Assembly: GCA_013265495.1 (NCBI GenBank)
Contig: MU061750.1
Span: 403,216-467,215, forward strand
Length of the DNA: 64,000 nucleotides
Origin: Vicugna vicugna
Taxonomy: Eukaryota
Direction of reading: 5' to 3'
The position numbers were made by a program, and so were the translations under genes. The notes under the pieces are model-generated. The model saw only the letters and a list, made by a program, of their open reading frames with translations, was not told the origin of the DNA and did not search any database. Shown piece after piece: positions 49,020 through 62,399 of the stretch. The first letter of the stretch is position 1, and each line of letters starts with the position of its first letter.

Positions 49020-49200
49020 TGCCTTTGCTGTAATAATAACAGCTGGTTCTCACTGAGAACTTTCTGCCAAACAGGGTATGCCAACGCTTTATTTATATGA
49101 TCTCATTGAATGCCCAGAAAAGCTTCTATGTAGGCACCATTATTAGCTCCATTTCACAGAAGAGGAAATCAAGGCAGAGAGGCCGGAGCAAAGGAGCTTA
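49020..49200 (-). mobile_element. MIR
   Basis: tatatgatctcattgaat...ccatttcacagaagaggaaatcaaggcagagagg. Confidence 0.75.
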
Positions 49201-50399
49201 CGTGTAGGGAGTCTCGATCCAAAACCATACGTAGTTCTTCTCCGGGGCTTTCTTGTTCACTAATAGGACGTGACTCTGCATTTATTTGACAGAAGCGAAG
49301 AATTCATGCAGAAGCAAGGGCTTGCTGCTCTAACCCTGTAGCTATTTCTCATCCTCTTTGTTTGACTTCCTGGCCTCTGTGACACCAATTCCTTGTTTCC
49401 GTTCGTAATCCCCTGTAACATAGTCTTTCTGCCTGTTTTCTAGATTTCCCATTGCCCTGGCTGTCTTCCTAGATCATACACTTGTTGCCTTTATGGTCCT
49501 CAATGCCTGCCCCACGCAGAAAGCTTCATCGATGACTTACTCAACTGTGAATGGGTACACCTGCCAGATTCTTCAGGTAGAAGAAATCTGTGGACAAGGA
49601 AGGGATGGATCCCAGTCCAGACCAGGATATGTGTCCAAATCTCTGCAAGGGATGCAGAGTAAAGTGACTAGGCAGACAAACAAGAGGGGTCAGGACAGGG
49701 GACTGGCAACAACTCAGGCAGAATCTAGTGTAAGAGGCAGCAGAGTGGTAACACTAACCTCCGCTGGAAAGTCCGCAGAGCAAGAGGGCATCTGTGAGCC
49801 CCGATGAGTTCTGGGCAGGAGGCACTAGTGCGAGGAGAGGGCCGGACTGACAGAGCAGGCTCTGAACCCCTGAAACATGGCCTTCAAAAGGCCGGCTTTC
49901 CCCCGTGCATCCAGGACCTGAGGGCCCCAACCCCGGGCCAGCTTTGCCTGGGTTAACAAGGATTGCCAGAAGGTCCTAAAAATAGGGTTTCGCAGCCTTT
50001 TCACAGTTCTGCCAGTCTCCCAAATTAGTTTGGACTCTCTCTTTTTTATTTTTAATCAGTCAGGAAAAAAAAAAAGAAAGATGACAATAAAAACCATATG
50101 GAGGCCTCTTCTCAAGCTGTAGCTCTTTAATCTTTTCTCCAAATAGAAGAAAGTAACCTTCCCACTCTTGGAGCATTCCAAATGTTTTCCAGCCTCTAGA
50201 TAAACCCATACCGCAGGTAAATTTAATACCATGGTCCACGCCTTCATATATTACTTTCAAGACTGATTAAGTACCACCAAGGGCAGTGTCTATGCCAGGA
50301 ACTAAACGTACCAAGAAAAACTGCCGGCCATTGCCTACACTGAGTCCACAGTCCTGGAAAGGGATCAATGAAAAGACAGTGATGTGTCGTGAGTCTGAA

Positions 50400-50535
50400 C
50401 ACAGGGAACTCTATTCGATAGCTTGCAATGACCTATAACGAAAAAGAATAAATGTATGTATACCTGACTCACTATGCTGGACACCAGAAACTAACACAAC
50501 ACTGTAAATCGACTATACTTCAATTTTAAAAAAAG
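50400..50535 (+). mobile_element. Cetartiodactyl-type L1 extreme 3' end
   Basis: acagggaactctattcgatagcttg...ccagaaactaacacaacactgtaaatcgactatacttcaattttaaaaaaa. Confidence 0.85.
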
Positions 50536-50949
50536 GCACAAGAATTTAGGGGGCATCAGGAAGCAACATTGAAGGCAGAGGCAGAAGTCCAGGGGAAAGT
50601 GAGGTACACGTTAAGGAAGCTTCCTGAAGGACGAGACACAAGAGTCAAGAAACAGCACTCCTAGTTTTCTTAAAAACTCAAAAGCTTCCTTTCATAGAGC
50701 TTGGGGACACTAACATCTCTAATTCTGCCAGGATTCTCTTTGGAAAGCCCTTATGTATCTCTATTTTTTAAAAAAAACCACAGAACAATATAATGTAAGC
50801 AGAAAGAACACGCTACAGGTTTTTAAACATAGATATTAAACGGTTCCCTAAGAGTAGCCAACATGGAGAACTTGAGATCCAAGGACCTTGAATGTCTTCA
50901 AGAATCAATATGCCCAAAGAAGAGTGGGTAAATGAACAGCTTTAGAAGA

Positions 50950-51080
50950 ACGGGGCTATTCATTCATTTATTCATTCTCTCATTCATTCATTCAATAAAT
51001 AAATGTACTCCTTGTAGACACTGGTAATTAGAAAATGAATCATCTGTCTACAGGTAGACAATAAACATTTGTTAGCCTAT
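50950..51080 (-). mobile_element. L2 3' end
   Basis: ttcattcattcattcaataaataaatgt (cattcatt tail). Confidence 0.6.
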
Positions 51081-52699
51081 AGTTCTCCTCGACAGAAGAT
51101 ACTTCTGTGGCAAAATGGTCAAAGCCAGGCTACTGTTCTAGGTTGGTCTAACCCAGCATGACTCTTCTCTTTGGTTCTTACTAAAAGACCGTGTACTGAC
51201 AGAAGGACCTTGGCACCCAGACATCTGTTTTCTAAACACTTGTGAGGAAGCAGTAGAAATAAATAAGGTCTAACGGACAAAGGGCAAATTTGTAAATGCT
51301 GCTGCTGCCTGATAAAATTATGTAACACAAATTACTGTATTTTTGTGCTTCTGCAAGAATAGTCACTTTTAAAAACTAGTTTTAACTAAGTTCTCTAAAT
51401 CTTTAAATAAATGTCTTGTGGAAATCGATATCCTTTCTGAAAGTCTATTCTACCTTTTGGTTTTAAAGGTTCGATCCGTTCCATTGTTCAGCTTAGGAAG
51501 CCTGGCTGCCAGGTTTGTAAGATTGTGAGTGTGGTCTTAATGCTCTATGCTAATCTACTGTACATCAGGCTGGAAGCTTATCTTGTCAGGAAAACTTGGA
51601 GCGGGCCCGGTGGAAGGATCTTGGCATCGCACGCTGGAGTGGAAAATATTCACAGGCTGCAACCAAGTCTGGCTGGGGCTGCTGGAGGGGAGGCAGCCAC
51701 TGGCGGGGAGACAATTCGTGTAGGAAAGTCCTGGGCGCCTCTGTGAGAGGCCTGCAGGATGGTGCTATACACTGAGGCGGGGCAGGACCAGGGAATCGTG
51801 TGTGTTTTCAGGAGGATGGGGAGGAACGGCAGCTACGCAAGCCAAGTTAGAAAAAGAACACTACCACGGAGCGCTTCCATCACAGGCTTTTGGATCCAAA
51901 ACTCTTCGTGTGCAAAAATAATGTGCCAACTGAAGAAAGAATACTTTGGGGCTTTGCAAAGATGAAGTCTCGAAAAACCCTTAGGCACAGGTGTAACGGC
52001 TTGTGTGAGTATGTCAAATCAAAACAGGGCATCAGATAACCCTCCATCTCTCTTGAAAAGGTCCTGAATCTTTTCTATGACAATTCTGATAAAAACATGA
52101 GTGCTTTTTTCCTATGTGCAGGACTGTTTGGGGAACATTTGCTTTTTTTTTTTTTTAATAAACTTGTAACCACTGAGCTTTGCCACTGAAACATACTTAG
52201 AAATGCTGATTTCTAGGATGAAAGACAATGGTGGTATACATATTTTGACTCAAAATTAAAAAAAAAAAAAGGCCAGGGATTTTGTGATGACCTCTTGTGT
52301 TGCTGTCCCTGGGGATCATGTGGGTGTGGCTCTCCCGGAAAAAGGAACTTGTGAGTGTTTGAGTCACTGGACCCAGAAGTCTAGGGTAAGAATGAAATCT
52401 GACTACGGAAAAGTGGAAAATAAGATTTCACACTGCCTGCTTCCCCCAAATAGAGACACTTTTATGTTAAAGGGATGTTCACACAGTGAGGTCTGCTGGA
52501 CCCCATAGAGGTTGATCCTAAGGGTCGAGTCACAGCCTGAGCATCATTAAGGAAGGTGGAGGCAGCTCCCCAGCCACAGAGCCGCAAGGGAGGGTGAACT
52601 GTATGTATGCACCTGTGTTTGTCCTGCCCTCCCAGTTGTGGAAGAGGGGACGCATGATCCAGAAAGAGCCGGAATATCATTCAATTGTCAATCCTTAAG

Positions 52700-53400
52700 A
52701 GCAAAAGCATAATTTGTCTTTGATTTCCTTGTGCCTAGCATAGTGTCTGGCACATAGTGAGTGGTCATTGTTAGAACTGAACGGGGTTAGCATTCTGGGC
52801 TCCACTGGGAGAGTCAGATATTGACATGAGCTCCATACTTGGACTGAAATTAAGAAAAGGCAGAAACTCTTTAAGGAGGATTGGCCATTTTTAAGAAGAT
52901 AAAGAAGGGAGCCTGGCGAGATGACAGTAGCTAGAGGTGTTGAGCAGACAGTACTGAGATGTTGGACATGCATCATGGCCACAGGAAGAGTGGTTTCCAG
53001 GGATGACACTTCCTGGGCAGCGTAAGTAGGAGGAGGGGCAGTCTGGGAGTTGTTTGAACAGATTGCTCAGGGATGCCCAGCAGCCTGTGCTAAAAGTACA
53101 TATCAGTGCATTCATGATGAGGGGGAAACAGGAGTCTGGAAAAGTAGAGATGAAGCCCGATTTATTTACAAATATTTATTAGATACTCATTGTTGTCCAG
53201 GAATGTAAGAGGGGACAGAAGAAACAAACACCCCTGTCCTCATGGAGTTTATCTTCTAGTCTGGAGACGGGAATGATGGGACTGATGACCAAAGAAAAGA
53301 AAAGGAAAGAGCTATAAAACACAGTCTGGAGGAATCGAAAGGGGACCACTTTCAAATGGGGAAGGATGTCCTCACAAAGACATCAGTGAATCCAATAGTT
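52700..53400. mobile_element. L2 fragments in both orientations
   Basis: gcctagcatagtgtctggcacatagtgagtggtc on plus; acaaatatttatt...cctgtcctcatggagtttatcttctagt on minus. Confidence 0.65.
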
Positions 53401-53639
53401 TTTAACGTGACTTCCTTTCAAGAAGTAAAGATTTCTCAGTAAAATGCAATCTGGAACCTCTAAGGTTTTGCACAGAAAGGAATGTTTTCTGATTATTTCT
53501 GATTATTTGAAAAGGCAGGGGCAGCGTCTAGGCTGTTGACGATCCAAAGATCTTCCTTCCAGTGAGAAATCTGGGAGGCTGCATCATTGCCCATTGGCCC
53601 TCTGAGACCATTAAAAGATACCAGATTTTCCTAAAACAA

Positions 53640-54500
53640 ATTGAATTTTATCATTCTTATCCTCAAAAATATTTAATGGATCTTCTGTCACAAACTCCCC
53701 ATTGCCCATCTCTCTCCAATACCACCAACACTTCCTCCCTGTCTCTTGGAAACCATAATCAGCCATCAGCCAAAACCCTGTATATCCTCAGTGTCTTCTG
53801 TGAACATTCATTCGCTTTACTTCTGAATGAAGTCACATCATTTCACTAGCTGAAAATCCTGGTTCTCTCTTAAAGCCACGGCTTCCCCTTCCAATTGAGA
53901 TCCGTTTTCTTCCCCTCGTTGTTGTGTGGAGACTGGTTAGATCCCCTTCTTGCTCCTCATTACAATTTCCAACTCCTCTTCCTTATCCCTGATTACAAAC
54001 TCTAGCTTTGAGTCTGAAGTCATCAAACCATCAAACTACGTACTACTCGCCTCCTCCTTCCTGTCGAGATCTAAGACACCCTGGGCCACTCTTCCTAATT
54101 TCATGAACATTTGAGTTCCTGGCTCACTGTCACTGACTCCAACATTGTCATAATTCTTGGTGATTTCATTCTTCTTGGGGACCGTCCTTCCACTCTCTTG
54201 CTTCTCTCGGCTTCCTTTGCTCTGATGACTTTGTCTCTGGTGACTACTCTATCTCAACCACTGGCTCCCTTTTCATAGCCAGAACTTCATTATTACAAAT
54301 AAATAATTGAAACATCTCTATACCCTCAGGTTGCCTCCCCGACTCTCTGATCACCCCCTCCTACGTTTCCAGCTCACCCTCCATTCCAAAACTCCTCCCA
54401 CCCCATAGGTTCTGCCATTTGTTGGCCTTATCATCTGTTCACTGTGCCTTGCACCCTCATGTTCTCACATCCCTCCCTTCCTAGTTTATAGTCCATGGTC
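53640..54500 (+). mobile_element. L2 fragment from the ORF2 endonuclease region
   Basis: Pyrimidine-rich L2-like sequence; ata att ctt ggt gat ttc (IILGDF, APE-domain motif) at 54150-54167. Confidence 0.65.
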
Positions 54501-54602
54501 TGATGTCAGAAGAGCATAAGGAAGTGGGACCAGGAGGTGCTGGCAAATATTTAACCGTAATTTAGAGAAGAGATCTATCATTGTCTAGAGGTAGAGCAGA
54601 GG

Positions 54603-54632
54603 AGACATGCTCAAGCCTGTTCCAGCCTGTTC
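54603..54632. promoter_or_regulatory. Candidate p53-family response element
   Basis: AGACATGCTC (perfect RRRCWWGYYY), then AAGCCTGTTC and CAGCCTGTTC with no spacers. Confidence 0.4.
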
Positions 54633-55166
54633 TCTATTTTCCCAAGAATATCATTTTGGCTTTAAACTTGCACAACCCACAGAGAAACTTCTAAGCTGGT
54701 CAGGGGGACAGATCTTTAGGAAGAAACTCAGTGTTCCCTGATATTCGCATGTGCCCCTTGGGGGAGGGGCCTACTTTACCTCCTGCCCCAAATGGCTCAA
54801 GTTTCTTTCTAATGACACACAGTCCTCTGTCTGAGGGAACTCTGGTAAAGACTCTTTTCTCCAGGGATTTAGTAAAATCCCAGGGATGTTTCATTATGGA
54901 TTTAGGTCGCTGGTTGTGGCTCGGTGGCCCTCCCCTACACTTGGCTTTGGGAATTAGGGAAGGCTTCACACAAAGGAGGTGACATTTGAACTTGGCTTTG
55001 AAGGATTAGTAAGATTTTGCCAGAAGTGATGGAAGAATTCTCAATGGCAAGAAAGATAATTACTGGCAACATTTTTTTTTCCTGCTTCATAATATTTAGG
55101 AAAACTCAGACCTCTACTCCTATATATTCATACCTCATATATTTATGGCTGGAAGTAAATGTGATT

Positions 55167-55346
55167 NNNNNNNNNNNNNNNNNNNNNNNNNNNNNNNNNN
55201 NNNNNNNNNNNNNNNNNNNNNNNNNNNNNNNNNNNNNNNNNNNNNNNNNNNNNNNNNNNNNNNNNNNNNNNNNNNNNNNNNNNNNNNNNNNNNNNNNNNN
55301 NNNNNNNNNNNNNNNNNNNNNNNNNNNNNNNNNNNNNNNNNNNNNN
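55167..55346. other. N run (180 nt)
   Basis: Seen directly. Confidence 1.
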
Positions 55347-57049
55347 TGTAATTAGATTGGAAATTTAATTATGACTAGAATACTTCATCCTTATGCACAC
55401 TGACACCTTGTTGATACATAACCTTTAAAGTATTTTTATTATATTTACTCTAAGATCTTAATCTGTGGGCTAAATAAAATTCTTAGCTTCCTAAGAAGCA
55501 CTAGAATTCAGCAAAGAATACAACGTGCTATATTTTTTTCTGGGAAAAAAAGTATTGTGTTTTAGAATTCCTGTTTTGACCATTGCTGGATTTTATTACA
55601 ACTTCCTGCTAACAAAATTTGCAAAATCTCTAGCAGATTTGAGTTGGTATAACAACAACTTTCTTAGCTAGAGCAAGCATCCTTTGGTTCATACCTAATA
55701 GAGTTACTGTTTTCCAAGTTGAACTGGCTCCAGGAATTCCAATGCATATTCAAGAAATACACTTTCCAGGCAGAAAACTCTTCTTGTGGAATGTCGGCTG
55801 TATGTATAGAAATGGATTACTGCTATTTGATGGGATCTCTTCTGCCACGAGCTCTGGTTAAATACGTTTGCTATAATTAACTTCCTGTGGCACCGTTTGA
55901 CACTTCTTGCAGCTTAGAAAACAATAACTTTCACAATAAAAATGATTTAGTTACAGCATAATGTGCTCTGATAGAAATGTTTTGAGCTAAAGATCCTCCA
56001 TATGCAATTATTATTAGCTTGATATGGAAAACACTGTGTAATAAAAACTATTTGAAGAAATGCCACTTTAACTTACCTGATGTCGAAGAATGCACTTGAT
56101 AGAAACGGAGGGTCTTTATGCACAAGTCAAAGTCTGAATTCATAGCCTTTGTGGAAATCTCTATTTTAAAACGTGTATTTGTTAATTACATAATTAACCA
56201 AATATATGTTGAAACTATATCATGTGTCAGGCATTTCCTAAAGTTTGTATAGTGTATATTGGCCCTAATTTAACCACAGTTATCAATTTGATTAGCCTTC
56301 ATGGCTGTAAAAAATGAAAGGCTTGCTTTTATAAACTCATAAAATATTTGCATTCATAAAATACAAATACAAAACAACAATGTCTGATTCTCTAAAATAG
56401 GCTCACTCTCATTCTACTGAGTTTGAACTCACATGCTTCACTTAGCCCCTCCTTTCTGAACCAATTTTCACCAGACAAGTTCTGCTCCCAGATGAACTGA
56501 ATTTCTACAAATGGCCCGCCTCTGTGGTCCTCTGTATAGGCAAACCTCTCATTGAAGTCCTTCTCTCTTTTGAAGGGACTTCAAAGGTCCATTGAAATCC
56601 AAAACTTGCCTTGAAGTTAAGTCAAGTTTTGCCTGTTTTAGGGCTGCAGGATTTCATCCAGAAAAGCCTGGGTGGTTAACAAGGAAAGAGCATGTTAACC
56701 TGGTTGGATTTCATCACAAGTGGAATTTGGTCTGACAATTTTGGCTCTGTGAGGGGGTTGAAAGCATATTCAGCTGTGGAAATGATAAAAGGATTCCCCC
56801 ACCTGGTTTTATAGCAAAAGACCAGCAGGTATTTCCAAGCATCTTTCAGCGCACATCCCAAACTGCTACCCCAGCTGGACCATCAGTGAATGAAATCACC
56901 CCACCGTTAAAAGTATTTGAGTCCCAGTCAAAGTCGTTGACAGTAAAAATCCAGGTGGCTATGCAAATTGGTCATTTCCTTAAATAGTCATCTGAGTTTC
57001 ACCGGGTGAGCCCTGCTAATAATGACAACCAACATCTGTGTAGCACGGT

Positions 57050-57230
57050 TCAATTCATAGCGCAACTTTTATGTCTATTACCTCAATTAGTCTTCACTAA
57101 AACCCTCTGAGATAAAGAAATGGAAGTTCAGAGAGTTGAAGTGACTTACCCAAGGTTGTGTAGGTAGCAAGTGGCGAGCCAGGATTTGAACCCAGACATT
57201 TGAAGCCAGACACAGTGGGCTTTCCCTTAG
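57050..57230 (-). mobile_element. MIR
   Basis: gaaatggaagttcagagagttgaagtgacttacccaaggttgtgtaggtagcaagtggcgagccaggatttgaacccag. Confidence 0.92.
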
Positions 57231-57460
57231 ACTAAGAATCACTGCTAGTAAGGGTGATTATTCATCCATAGTTCTTGATTCAAAGAGACAAGAACTGTTT
57301 TGTCTTCTTTGGGGAGTCTATTTCTATAGGTCCCTTTCTGAATATAGGATAGATTAGATTTTGAGCTCTGGGCTCACATTACCAAATCTTCTGGCTTTTC
57401 AAGAAAAGCTGAATATTCAGATTTTTATGGACACCGTGCCAACTTTTGAATGTTGACAAC

Positions 57461-57920
57461 TGTGTTCATTTGGGTCTTTGTTCCCAACTCTTCATTCCTT
57501 TCTGATAGTAGAATTACACATCCACACCCTTTGCCATGTCACTCTAGGGCTTCCCAATAGAACAAATAGGGGATACATCACTCACCTCGTTGGTTTTGGA
57601 TTTGGTCATGTCATTTGGGTGGCCCAATGAAATGTGGGAAAATGCAAGCTATACCTTTAAGAAGCACTTTTTGTCTCCCACCCCACCTTATGCTCCTGCA
57701 CTGACCTTGAGAAAGGCTTCCTCTGCTGTCCTAGATTGAACCGAGACTGAAACCTTACCTGCAGTTTACAGCCAAGCTCAGTCAGTCCCAGCAGACGTCA
57801 GTGGGCTCTTGCTGAGCCCAGCGGAGCCCCAGCTCGCAGGCAGAACTGTGAGTAAGAAATATTTATGGTTGTAAGCCATTGAGTTTCGGGGTTGTTTGTT
57901 ATGTACCAAATCCTGAGCAA
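57461..57920 (+). mobile_element. MaLR solo LTR, MLT1J/K group
   Basis: cacaccctttgccatgtcact...ttggtcatgtcatttgggtggcccaatgaaatgtgg...ggttgtaagccattgagtttcggggttgtttgttatgta. Confidence 0.85.
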
Positions 57921-58959
57921 TTTAAACATTTTTTTCAACAAACACTGCAGCCCAATTAAATACATCTATAGACTGAATGCCGTCTATGGGCCATAGCTGT
58001 TTGCGAGACAGATCTTTGGCAGTGTCTTTGGTGACACAAAATTATGTCAGACATTTGGTGCATATAATATTGAGCAAAGAGATTGTTAATTTCAGGCCTG
58101 ACACCTAAACAGCTTCTATGCTCTCAGCCAGGAGAGATATATGAACTAAGACATAGAACTGATTGAAGATGTGGGAGTGAAATGAGAGACTTTCCTTGTC
58201 ATTTACTTGGATTAACAGGATCAGCCTACATCTTCCTCTGTCGGCGTTGTTTTATAAATGTAAACCTAATCCTTAGGGAATGAATTTGTTTTCTATCATC
58301 TGTGTTTGTTACAGTCAAGAACTTTTAGAGTCCGCCAAGAAAAGTTAGAAGATTTGGATCTGTATTTAACATTTCATCCTTCTTCAGTCTAAAAGAAGAC
58401 TCTTAAAATTATGGAAGAGAAATAGCCCATGCTTACGAGGACTTGGGAAATGCAGGAATTTATTTTACAGAGTAAACATCACCTGGGGAATTAGATTTAC
58501 TGTCTGCCGAAGTCAGGAGGAAATCAGCATAGGCAGACCCACAGCAGAGAGGATGGCGATGCTCTCTGGCTGCAGAGATAAGAGCTATCAGATACCTAGT
58601 AGGGGAGAAACTGAGTGAGAGGGTCACATCAGATCTTCTGGAATCACTTCCCTCCCTTGAGCAAAGCCTTCTGTACTTAAGACAAGAACAGCTGTGTGCA
58701 CTGTCTAGTCTGGACATGACCAGGACCCATCAACTGAGCCATCTCATTTTTGTGAACGTTGGATACAGCGGTGGAGGCAGCACCGGGAACACACTCCAGC
58801 ATGAATACACGCCTTACTGGTCACCTCCCCAGACTAAGGCAGCATCGTCTACATGTTTTCCTAGTCTTAAAGCGATGGAACTAGTACAACAGTCAGCCCC
58901 TAGACTTCTGTGTAAGGCGTGCTCACAGGTCCTTAGACTAGTTAGCAGGTCTGTCTTGC

Positions 58960-59165
58960 TACCCAGTAATTATTAAATTTTGATTGTGATAAGTAGCATG
59001 AGGGAGAACTACAGGGAGCTGTGAGGCTGCATTATAGGCCCCAACTAGACTGTGACATCAAGGGAAGATCACTGGATAAATGACATTTAAGTGGACACAT
59101 GAAGGAAGGATGAGTGGTATTTAGCCTGAGAAAGCGATGAGGTTATAGAGTTACGTAGAATGTTA
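58960..59165 (-). mobile_element. L2 fragment
   Basis: gggaagatcactggataaatgacatttaagtggacacatgaaggaagga. Confidence 0.6.
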
Positions 59166-59180
59166 GAGGGGAAAAAAAAA

Positions 59181-59202
59181 AGAGAGAGAGAGAGAGAGAG
59201 AG
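59181..59202. repeat. (AG)11 microsatellite preceded by an A run
   Basis: Seen directly. Confidence 0.97.
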
Positions 59203-59389
59203 GAAATATTTGAAGTTCTGTGCTAATATTTTAAGGGGATTACAAGGTTTGAGAAAGTATCCTTTGAGATGGTTCTGGCCTCTTCCCCCTGCACAGTTTA
59301 GAGACAGTGTTCTGTGCCAGGGTATAGAAAAGAACACTTGAAGAGGTTAAACATCGTTGGACAAAGTGAGAAGTAAAATCAATACACAT

Positions 59390-59620
59390 TATGGCTAAGA
59401 GCCTGGAAATGAATAGCAAACAGACCTGCTTTAAATCACAGGTTCTTACTCACTAGTTTTGTGACCTGGGGCGAGTTACTTGTTTAACCTTTCCAACCCT
59501 CATTTTTTTTTTAATCTGCAAAGTAGGGAAAATAATGCATACTTTAGAGTGCTACTGGAGGGACTAAGGGGACCATCAGATGTAAACTCTTGAGCATCCT
59601 GTCTGATTGCGAGCATCAGA
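59390..59620 (+). mobile_element. MIR
   Basis: cagacctgctttaaatcacaggttcttactcactagttttgtgacctggggcgagttactt...atctgcaaagtaggga. Confidence 0.85.
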
Positions 59621-59798
59621 CATTGTTGGCAGAAAGGTGAGCAGGTTCCGTGGCTGGCTGGACACCAGGGCACAGCAACTGGGAGCTTCAGGGGGTGGAA
59701 ATATTGTATCTGTAAAAGTCTAATCTATGTCTGTAATCAACTCATTTATTAAGAAGTCAAAGCTGCCCTTCAAGTAATTTTCTTTCCACTTAAGCAGA

Positions 59799-60238
59799 TG
59801 GATTCGTTTATCTAAGGCCTCTGTGACAAAGTGCCACAAATGGAACAAACAATGGAAATGTTGTCTTTCTGGAGGCTAGAAGTCCGAAATCAAGGTGTTA
59901 GCAGGGCCATGCTCTCTCTAGACTCTGCACAGAATCCTTCCTCGCTTCCTCTTTGCATCTGGTGGTAGCATCAAACCTTGGTGTTCCTTGGCAATGCATC
60001 TCCATCACTCCAGTCTCTGCCTCTGTTCTACATGGCCTTCTCCCTGGTGCATCCATCTCTGTCTCTTTTCCTCTTCTAAGGACAGCTGCCTCATCGAATT
60101 GGGATCTACACTAATGACCTCATTTTAAGTTGATTAAATCTGCAAAAACCTTATTTTCAAATTAGATGCCATTTAGAGGTGCTAAATGTTAGGACTTCAA
60201 GCCCACCTTTTGCGGGGGGACCCAATTCAACACACAGC
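59799..60238 (-). mobile_element. MaLR solo LTR, MLT1C-like
   Basis: ttctggaggctagaagtccgaaatcaaggtgttagcagggccatgctc...aatgacctcattttaa...aggacttcaa...caattcaac. Confidence 0.9.
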
Positions 60239-62399
60239 CGTAGGTGAGTGAGCGGTTAGAGGGAAGGGCCTGCTCACCTGTGGCAGAGAGAACTCTTTCT
60301 GCTGGAAGTTAAGGGGTCTAATCACCAGTGATTGAGATTCTTCATTCTTTTCATCCCTAGAGTTCCAGACAGGCCTGGCTTATTAAATTGGGGTTCTGAG
60401 TCCTTTCAATGTATTTTTCTCAGTACTGAAAGTCTTCCTGAGGGTAATCTCGGGCCTTGTCAAAATTTTCCTATCTCTTAGGATAAAGAAAGGAGGTTGA
60501 GGAGACCTATACACTAAAAGACCTTAATCATTTTTAAAACCCAATTATTCTAGAGGCAGGATGAAAGAAAACAATCTACTAGCTTGACTGTGGACTGTTA
60601 ATGTAGCTCGTTTTAACAGGCATTATTGGAAGGTTCATGATCTTTGGTTGTTTTTAAGATTAAACCTAAGTTATAACGTTGGCTGTTCCTGCTTGGATGG
60701 GCACCCCTGGCCTCCTGCGCCCTTTATGCCATCAGTGTGTTGGGGTTCACATGTAGAGTTGATAGTGATGAGGTCAGATATACTTTCATAAAGGGATGGA
60801 AACTGATTTAGGATTTGTAAAATTAAGGAAATTTCCTTCTGTGGGCTAGATAATATTTACAACGTTTTAATCATATGTAGAAAAAAAATCCTCAGACCCC
60901 CAGTGAAAAAGGCAAAGGGTTTCCTTACTCTTTCACTCTTGGTTGTGTGCGTTGTCTGTATAATGTTTAGACGCCCCATCAGGGTGCTCGAGCCCTAATG
61001 TCTGACCATGGGACTCTCCCAGTCTGCTTGGCATGACTCAGCCATAAGTAAGGATGGATGACAGTAGGGCAGTGCCTTCAGTCTAGAGCCAAGCCCCGCC
61101 AGTGACATTTGGGGCCACTATTCAGCAAGCAAAGAGGGTAGTTGTATCTTAGTCCCCCCACCTCCTCACCCTATTTTGTCTATTAAAAATAAAATGTCTC
61201 CTTCAAGTCCTGCTCTCAGGCAAAGTCTTATTTAACCTCAAACAAAAGGGCCAAGTGCCTTCTTAATAGACTAGAGAGACTTATATTTAAGCTGGAGATT
61301 TTCGCAGGTTATTTATTTTCCCTCAGTGCAGGTATTTTACTGGGATGGACACAGTAGACTTCAGCTGAAAAAAATGGCTACAATCTGTGTTTCCTTAGAA
61401 AGGAAAAACCATTGCACGTCAGGAGCTTGGAGATTTAGTCCCTGGACAGAGATTTTCCCAAAGATTCCCCTATAAACATAATATGAGAAGACAGCACCAT
61501 TCCAGCTGGTCAGTTGCATTGCCACTGGGGGAGGATTTGTTATTCTGGAGACTTAACCTGTGAGTCTACTAGTTTACTTAGCTTGCAAGTTTTGAAGTCA
61601 GAAGTTGAACTCTGGAAGGAGCAGTAGTACGGGGCTTTAAAATAACACTGTTGGTTTAACTAGAAGAAAGAAATCCGGCCTCTCCTGACCTAGACCTGAC
61701 TTGCTTTCATAGTTCTCCCTTTATCCCAGTCACACATCCTTGCCATTTTTTTAAAAGGGTCAGGTAAATAAAAGCAAGGCCAAGAAAAAAAAAATCACAT
61801 TTTTGGGGAAAAAAATTTGGAGATTAAAATTTAGGAAGATAAGGCAATATATAGAAATAGAAACAAAAGAGAACTAAAACTGGAAGGATTTCAGTTTAAA
61901 TAGAAAATGGAATGCATAAGAAATTAAAAGTACCACATTAACAACGGAATGAATAATAATAAACATGGCTAAGGTGTTAAATAATGAATGAAAGTTTTAA
62001 TTTTATTTTTAATAAAATTATATTAAACCAGTAATCTAGGGGGGAAATTAGAGGAAAGGAACAGAGGACAAGTAAGAGAAATACTTGAATGTGGACAGAT
62101 CTGGGAGCATCTTTAAAGAATTTTTAAAATGCTAAAAGTTAATAAAATTTAGAAAGGCCTAAGAGATGTACTTGGCATTTAAATTCCAAGAAACAACATC
62201 ACTATTTAGGGGCAAAATCAGTCTTTAAAATAAGACAGCTGAAGATGTCCCGCTCAGCTCCCCACCGTGGGGGGGAATTCCTGAGTGGTTCTTTGGTGGG
62301 CTTTTGGGTCAGTGTTTTTAGGAGAGAAAGCCTGGGCATCGACCATTTTCCTTTATATTTACTAGAAAATATTTGTCTTCAGTTCTAGGATTTGTTACC

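Noticed and set aside
51468-51477. GGTTCGATCC, a tRNA T-loop / Pol III B-box
   Set aside because: No T-stem, A box or cloverleaf around it.
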